Source: Okeania sp. (lineage in GTDB: Bacteria > Cyanobacteriota > Cyanobacteriia > Cyanobacteriales > Microcoleaceae). Taken from it: a stretch of DNA of 32,000 nucleotides. The notes under the pieces were generated by a model that saw nothing but the letters and a program-made list of their open reading frames with translations, was not told the origin of the DNA and did not search any database. The stretch covers positions 3,007-35,006 of the forward strand of contig NZ_JAYKGW010000108.1 of NCBI RefSeq assembly GCF_035285525.1. The letters run 5' to 3'. Below, piece by piece: positions 27,358-32,000 of the stretch. A program made the position numbers and the translations under genes. The stretch's first letter is position 1. Every line of letters starts with the position of its first letter.

Positions 27358-27855
27358 ATGAAAAATACAAATTTTCAATCTATTCTTCTATCTTTAGGCG
27401 TTATTTTATTGCCACTCACTGTTAGTAATTTAGTATTAGCAAACATTTCTGCTCAAGGATTAAAAACCACCTTAAATAGAACTTTATCAGGTACATACGA
27501 CGAAGGAACTTGGGGAGGTAAAGGTAGTAACGAAACATGGAATCATTCATGGACAATGGTAGGTGATACAGTTGTTCAATTAAGTAATATTAAAGAAGTT
27601 GATGGTGAATTTACAGCCAATTTAAAAATAGCTTGGAAATGTAAACATACTAGAGAAGATTATAATTTTGCTGGTATCAGAAAAGGTAAATATGATGATA
27701 GATATTCTGGTCATGTAACTGCTGAAGTTGCTGTGGGAAGTATAGCAGGTCAATCAAAGATTTTTGTAAACAATATCAATAACACATACCCAAATTTTCG
27801 ATGTGGAAATAGTCTTGTAAATAAACTCAAAAAGCTCAATCAATCTGAACTATAA
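27358..27855 (+). CDS. Secreted hypothetical protein (signal peptide, 2 Cys)
   Basis: 165 aa. The N-terminal leader is MKNTNFQSILLSLGVILLPLTVSNLVLANISAQG. The mature part is rich in G/N/T/W, with Cys at ..AWKCKH.. and ..FRCGN... I recognise no family. Confidence 0.6.
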   Translation: MKNTNFQSILLSLGVILLPLTVSNLVLANISAQGLKTTLNRTLSGTYDEGTWGGKGSNETWNHSWTMVGDTVVQLSNIKEVDGEFTANLKIAWKCKHTREDYNFAGIRKGKYDDRYSGHVTAEVAVGSIAGQSKIFVNNINNTYPNFRCGNSLVNKLKKLNQSEL

Positions 27856-27904
27856 AATTGTAGAGATGCTAGCAGTATAGTTACTAAATATTGATGGTTT
27901 TAAC

Positions 27905-28160
27905 AAATATAAAATTTGTCAGATTTGCCGACTATATTGATTAGTCAAATTTTGGTAATTAATTAATCTTCCCGAAACCATTAATATTTAGTAATTCTAA
28001 AAAGTAATGTTTTCGGAGATAAGTAAATTAACAGGAGTGTCAAATATTGACGAATTTATTATTATTGATTTTTTTAAATAAAGATAAAATTTGTCATATT
28101 TGCTAGCTGCATTGATTAGTCAAATTTTGGTAATTAATTAATCTTCCCGAAACCATTAAT
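27905..28160. repeat. Two-copy direct repeat (offset 175 bp) with an identical 50-mer
   Basis: attgattagtcaaattttggtaattaattaatcttcccgaaaccattaat occurs identically at 27936-27985 and 28111-28160. Each copy is preceded by the core aaaatttgtca[g/t]atttgc (27911, 28086). Confidence 0.85.
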
Positions 28161-28236
28161 GCTGAATATATTCGTTAGTTAAACTTTCTATCTCATCTAT
28201 CAAGGTCTAAAGTTAGATATATCAAATTTAGTATTA

Positions 28237-28298
28237 GTTATGGTAGACAAATTTTGATGAATCTATATCAACAGTAAAAGTGATGATATTTACCCACC
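28237..28298. repeat. Hairpin element H1 (degenerate copy of H2/H3)
   Basis: gttatggtagacaaattttgatgaatctatatcaacagtaaaagtgatgatatttacccacc is collinear with 29771-29832 and 30662-30723. Confidence 0.7.
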
Positions 28299-28429
28299 TT
28301 ACTTATTACTGTAGACCAGTAAGCAGTAAATAAATTTAGCAAATATTGATTTGATTAATAAATATAAAACTTGTCAGGTTTGCTAACTACATCTATCACC
28401 ATAAACATTCATATTTAAGGATAAATATA

Positions 28430-29014
28430 ATGTTTAAAAACTTCAAAAAAATAGGCTATTGTTTTTTAACAGCAACGGTCTTGATACTCGGCATTAGTTC
28501 AAAAACAAATAGTCAAAATACTGCTCCTGGTTTATGTCTGAGACATACAAGAATAAGTGGTTCGTCTGGAAATGTGATAGATACTAATTGGATATGTTCA
28601 AGAGCAGGTAATTTTAGTAAATGGATTGGACTAGGAGATGATACAGGTTGGAAGGATCAAGAATTAGCTTTTAAAGCGATTGGTGGTGCAGAAATTTGTT
28701 TAGAGCATACTAGAGTTAGTCCTTCTAGTGGATTACTCAGAGATAGCAAATGCAGTAGATCTTATAATGATATTCAGTCCGTAAATTTAGGAGATGATAC
28801 TGGTTGGAAAGATCAAAAATTGACCTTTACTATTTATACTCCTAGAGAAAATTACGAAATGTGTTTACAACATAGAAGAAGAAGTGGTAGTTCGGGAAAA
28901 GTAATTAATACTGGTTGGAAATGCGCTTCTGAGTATAATCAAGAAACTATTTATTTAGGAGATGATACTGGTTGGAGAGACCAAAACTTAAGATTTACAA
29001 TAAGAAATAGATAA
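28430..29014 (+). CDS. Secreted protein built of three ~52-aa internal repeats (possible beta-trefoil-like fold)
   Basis: 194 aa. The leader is KKIGYCFLTATVLILGISS. Three repeats follow: CLRHTRISGSSGNVIDTNWICS..LGDDTGWKDQELAF, then CLEHTRVSPSSGLLRDSKCS..LGDDTGWKDQKLTF, then CLQHRRRSGSSGKVINTGWKCA..LGDDTGWRDQNLRF. Each has two Cys. Confidence 0.7.
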   Translation: MFKNFKKIGYCFLTATVLILGISSKTNSQNTAPGLCLRHTRISGSSGNVIDTNWICSRAGNFSKWIGLGDDTGWKDQELAFKAIGGAEICLEHTRVSPSSGLLRDSKCSRSYNDIQSVNLGDDTGWKDQKLTFTIYTPRENYEMCLQHRRRSGSSGKVINTGWKCASEYNQETIYLGDDTGWRDQNLRFTIRNR

Positions 29015-29119
29015 CAACTTTAGAAAGGGAAAAATAACTGTTTCTTGAAATTTTAATTATTTCAGAATATTCGATCTATTAGTTTGGCGTAAAGTAAACT
29101 TTTAATAGGAATAAAAATT

Positions 29120-29764
29120 ATGAATCCACAAACATTATTCAATGTAGCCAAAACATTTCCAATAGTCAAAAAAAGAAAGTTATTTAAAAACTTATTGTTG
29201 TATCCTACTGCACTTTTAACAGCTCTAAGTTTAACTTTTTCGATACAGGAAAAAACTAACTCTGTTGATGATGATATTGAAATAAATTACCAACTCGAAG
29301 TCTGCAACGAGTATAAAAAAATAATCTATGTAGCTAGGGCAAAGTCTGAATCTTATCTAATAGCTGGAGATAGAAATTATGGCTCTCCATACGGCCGAAG
29401 AATAACAGCATCAAAAGTTAGAGGATGGATTCCAGTTTCTCCTAACAAATGTAAAATTTTTTCCACCTTGTCATTAGGTCTTGAACGTCCAAAATATTCA
29501 CGTTATCTAGGTAGAGAAAGTTCTCTATATATAAAGAGTTCTGACAATAAAAGTTTTCCTCCACAACACATAACAAGTTATAGAAATTCTCAAGGAGGTA
29601 ACACTACAAAACCATCATTTTGTGTGACTGATAAAGGTTTTAATTTCTCTTCCAAAGGTCATCAACTATCAGGTTATCAATGTCCTCGTAATAAACCTGA
29701 AGGTGCATATTTTGTTATATTTGAGCCAGTTTATTCTAGTAAAAATAAGATAGTTTTTCGCTAG
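29120..29764 (+). CDS. Secreted/anchored 4-Cys protein, DUF1036-like; paralog of 29985..30656
   Basis: 214 aa. Hydrophobic leader is LLLYPTALLTALSLTFSI. The pattern EVCNEY..IYVARA..VRGWIPVSPNKCKIF..FCVTDKGFNF..YQCP..GAYFVIFEPV resembles DUF1036 (xCNxT..VxVA..GW..vxPgxC..fCv..f..C..f.ev). This is motif recollection only. Confidence 0.55.
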   Translation: MNPQTLFNVAKTFPIVKKRKLFKNLLLYPTALLTALSLTFSIQEKTNSVDDDIEINYQLEVCNEYKKIIYVARAKSESYLIAGDRNYGSPYGRRITASKVRGWIPVSPNKCKIFSTLSLGLERPKYSRYLGRESSLYIKSSDNKSFPPQHITSYRNSQGGNTTKPSFCVTDKGFNFSSKGHQLSGYQCPRNKPEGAYFVIFEPVYSSKNKIVFR

Positions 29765-29770
29765 ATTTTG

Positions 29771-29832
29771 CTTATGGTAAGCAAATTTTGATAAATTTTA
29801 TCAACAGTAAAATTTGCTATATTTGCCTCTCC
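29771..29832. repeat. Hairpin element H2, 6 nt after the stop of 29120..29764
   Basis: cttatggtaagcaaattttgataaattttatcaacagtaaaatttgctatatttgcctctcc. It is followed by a 7-bp hairpin ctcctgg..ccaggag that includes a HIP1 site. Confidence 0.7.
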
Positions 29833-29984
29833 AGCTCCTGGCGATCGCTGTAAACCAGGAGTAATAAAAAATAGATAATAACTTTAAGAAAGGGAAAGAT
29901 AACTGTTTCTTGAAATTTTAATTATTTGAGAATATTCCATCTATTAGTTTGGCATAAAGTAAATTTTTAATAGGAATAAAAATT

Positions 29985-30656
29985 ATGAACTCACGAAAAT
30001 TATTGAATCTAGTCACAACATTTCCAATAGTCAGAAAAAGAAAGTTGTTCAAAAACTTATTGTTGTATCCTACTGCACTTTTAACAGCTCTAAGTTCAAC
30101 TTTTTTGATACAGGAAAAAACCAACTCACAACTAAATATTAATACTGAAATATTTTACAATGTTAAAGTCTGCAACGAGTATAAAAAGAAAATATTTGTA
30201 GCTAGGGCAAAACAGCGAGCTTATTTAGTAGCTGGAAATAGAAATTATGGTAATCCATACGGTGTAAGATTAGAAGTATCAAAAGTTAGAGGATGGGGTT
30301 CAGTTCTTCCTAATGAATGTCAAGGTTTTCCGATTCTAAAATTAGATGTCGATCCTCCAAAAAATTCACGGTATTTGGATACACAAGACTGGATATATAT
30401 AATGAGTTCTGATCAGAAAAAATTTCCTCCACAAGACATAAAAAGTTATAGAAATTCTCAGGGAGGTAACTCTGTAAGACCAGAATTTTGTGTAATTAAT
30501 AAGGTTTTTAATTTATCTTCTAGAAATTACCAAAAAACAGGAACTAGAATTTGTCCTGGTTATAATATAAATAAAAAATCTACCTTACCTCAAGGTACAG
30601 ACTTTGTTAGATTTGAGCCAGTTTCTCCTCAGAAGGATAGCATAGTTTTTCCCTAG
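29985..30656 (+). CDS. Secreted/anchored 4-Cys protein, DUF1036-like; tandem paralog of 29120..29764
   Basis: 223 aa. The leader region is nearly identical to its paralog (FPIV[KR]KRKLFKNLLLYPTALLTALS). The mature part is roughly 55-60% identical by eye, with all four Cys and the VSKVRGW and SYRNSQGGN blocks conserved. Confidence 0.55.
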   Translation: MNSRKLLNLVTTFPIVRKRKLFKNLLLYPTALLTALSSTFLIQEKTNSQLNINTEIFYNVKVCNEYKKKIFVARAKQRAYLVAGNRNYGNPYGVRLEVSKVRGWGSVLPNECQGFPILKLDVDPPKNSRYLDTQDWIYIMSSDQKKFPPQDIKSYRNSQGGNSVRPEFCVINKVFNLSSRNYQKTGTRICPGYNINKKSTLPQGTDFVRFEPVSPQKDSIVFP

Positions 30657-30661
30657 ATTTA

Positions 30662-30723
30662 GTTATGGTAGGCAAATTTTAATGAATCTATATCAACAGT
30701 AATATTTGTTATATTTGCCTACC
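30662..30723. repeat. Hairpin element H3 (best-formed copy), 5 nt after the stop of 29985..30656
   Basis: ggtaggcaaat (30667-30677) pairs perfectly with atttgcctacc (30713-30723) around a ~35-nt loop. The outer ccctag/ctaggg arms extend the palindrome. Confidence 0.75.
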
Positions 30724-30930
30724 CTACTAGGGTGTTTAACTCGAAAATGTGGGTTCAAAAAAACCTAACCCCCCAACTCCTTTCTCTGGGAGGAAAGGAG
30801 GAGTATCTCTCCCCACTCAAAAGCAGGAGAGGGGTTGGGGGAGAGGTTTTCATTGACTCAATTTTTACCTATAAATAAATCTAGATAAACTACTACTTAT
30901 TCTTTCAATTTCTAATTACAAACACTTAAT

Positions 30931-31521
30931 TTAACTAACCATTTCCACAAAAATTCCGATTATCTTTCTCGAATCTTTAATATAGTAATTCTCTACATCA
31001 ATAAACACTGAACTATTTTCCAATTTCAAAAATTTCCAAACATAACCAGTAGTCACCGCACCATAAATAAAAGGAACATCTTTACCATCTTTTTGATTAT
31101 ATATTTCCGCAGCAACCATTTCGGCAATACATTGTCCTAAACCACTAACTATTCTTTCACTTTTAGCTTCTACAAGAACAACTACAGGAGTATCTAAATA
31201 TAATTGTTCTGGAGATTGACTAATAATAAAATCACAAAATCCATTCAACCCTTTATCCCGATCTACTGAAAAATCTATACCCGAAAAAAAACTGATTTTA
31301 AGTTGCCTTTTAATCTCCAGCAAAATATTAATAATTATCAACTCAGAACTAGCTTTTTCCGTAGCGATCGCTAAAGCAATAGGTACATTTTGCTTTAAGG
31401 TCTCATCCAAAAGATTACTAATTTCTACAGGTTCAATTTGAGAAAATAAATCTTCTGTTTCTATAATCTTTAAATTAAACTCAGTTTTGACTTTTTTTAA
31501 ATCAAAATCACTATATGACAT
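30931..31521 (-). CDS. Conserved hypothetical with PD-(D/E)xK motifs; paralog of 9490..10086
   Basis: 196 aa. Motifs are TEKASSELII, GFCDFIIS, VVVLVEAKS and GQCIAEMVAA, in the same order and spacing as in 9490..10086. Confidence 0.7.
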   Translation of the reverse strand: MSYSDFDLKKVKTEFNLKIIETEDLFSQIEPVEISNLLDETLKQNVPIALAIATEKASSELIIINILLEIKRQLKISFFSGIDFSVDRDKGLNGFCDFIISQSPEQLYLDTPVVVLVEAKSERIVSGLGQCIAEMVAAEIYNQKDGKDVPFIYGAVTTGYVWKFLKLENSSVFIDVENYYIKDSRKIIGIFVEMVS

Positions 31522-31776
31522 TTTACTTATTCTTGATTTCCTAAATCATAATTTTTCTATTTATTATAAATAATTTTATCTCGGAAATTCTACTCTTAAT
31601 TACCCATTTTATTTTTAGTAGTTTCTCTGTCTATAGATTGTGCCTTTATTGCACTTTTATTTGTTTATTTTTAATTTAAAAAAGCTATAGATATTTATCA
31701 CTTTAGCACTAAATAAGTAGTTACATCAGTATATTACCTTTAAACAAGAAACCAAAATAAAGGGGCGGGTTTAGTT

Positions 31777-32000
31777 GGGAAATTTATTTGATAAACTTTC
31801 AGAAGAAAGGGGTGAGTTTAGTAAGGTTAAAAGTTTTTAATTAAGTTAACTGAAAAACCTGCCTCTACTTTGGGAAATTTATTTGATAAACTTTCAGAAG
31901 AAAGGGGTGAGTTTAGTAAGGTTAAAAGTTTTTAACTAAGTTAACTGAAAAACCTGCCTCTACTTTGGCAAATTTATTTGATAAACTTTCAGAAGAAAGG
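31777..32000. repeat. 95-bp tandem repeat, at least 2.3 copies, running off the right edge
   Basis: The unit gggaaatttatttgataaactttcagaagaaaggggtgagtttagtaaggttaaaagtttttaattaagttaactgaaaaacctgcctctacttt starts at 31777, 31872 and 31967. The copies are nearly identical. Confidence 0.9.

Noticed and set aside
29918-30124. Minus-strand ORF 29918..30124
   Set aside because: It is antisense to the start of 29985..30656 and its conserved upstream region.
28237-30723. Hairpins H1-H3 as integron attC sites (a gene-cassette array lacking an integrase)
   Set aside because: The idea is attractive because each hairpin follows a small same-strand ORF. However, I see no RYYYAAC / GTTRRRY core sites at the arm ends, and the single 11-bp stem with a ~35-nt loop is unlike the attC two-stem structure. 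No tyrosine recombinase gene is in the window. The copies are also explained by the ~865-bp tandem duplication. An attC covariance-model scan would settle this.
1-32000. tRNA, rRNA, tmRNA or RNase P genes
   Set aside because: I found no cloverleaf-compatible segments, no conserved rRNA blocks and no GC-rich structured islands of appropriate size in the intergenic regions on either strand. This was a by-eye scan only, and tRNAscan/Infernal would be definitive.

Overview
AT-rich DNA (about 35% GC by eye) with the signature of a filamentous, heterocyst-forming (Nostocales-like) cyanobacterium. I count at least 16 copies of the HIP1 octamer GCGATCGC, many 7-nt STRR arrays, and at least 11 small MITE-like insertions ending in AGGACTTACGCA / TGCGTAAGTCCT.

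Gene order, left to right:
- a partial Rpn/DUF2887 nuclease gene;
- a frameshifted Uma2 nuclease;
- an RND efflux pump and a repeat-expanded membrane-fusion protein, separated by a decayed DUF6883/DUF4926 pair, with a divergent TetR regulator;
- a PD-(D/E)xK-like hypothetical;
- a TPR protein flanked by two copies of a covarying hairpin element;
- a GH116/GBA2-type glucosidase;
- a HAMP histidine kinase and a PhnD-type binding lipoprotein, separated by three MITEs;
- PepA;
- a fused glycine/sarcosine plus sarcosine/dimethylglycine N-methyltransferase (glycine betaine synthesis), broken by a frameshift and bracketed by ~110-bp direct repeats.

An accessory island follows (24.3-31.5 kb). It holds a C5-methyltransferase remnant and a nonsense-interrupted, truncated STAND P-loop NTPase with scrambled partial duplicates. 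It also holds four same-strand genes for signal-peptide, Cys-containing proteins of unknown function: one of no recognised family, one an internal triple repeat, and two DUF1036-like tandem paralogs. These genes sit on a scaffold of repeated hairpins and a 22-nt core motif. The island ends with a second, inverted paralog of the PD-(D/E)xK-like gene. The window ends in a 95-bp tandem repeat.

I saw no rRNA, tRNA or CRISPR array. About a quarter of the recognisable genes are disrupted. The best candidates for something undescribed are the secreted-protein array with its repeat scaffold (27.3-30.7 kb) and the hairpin family at 10.9/12.7 kb. All functional readings are inference from motifs I recognise; no database search was possible.
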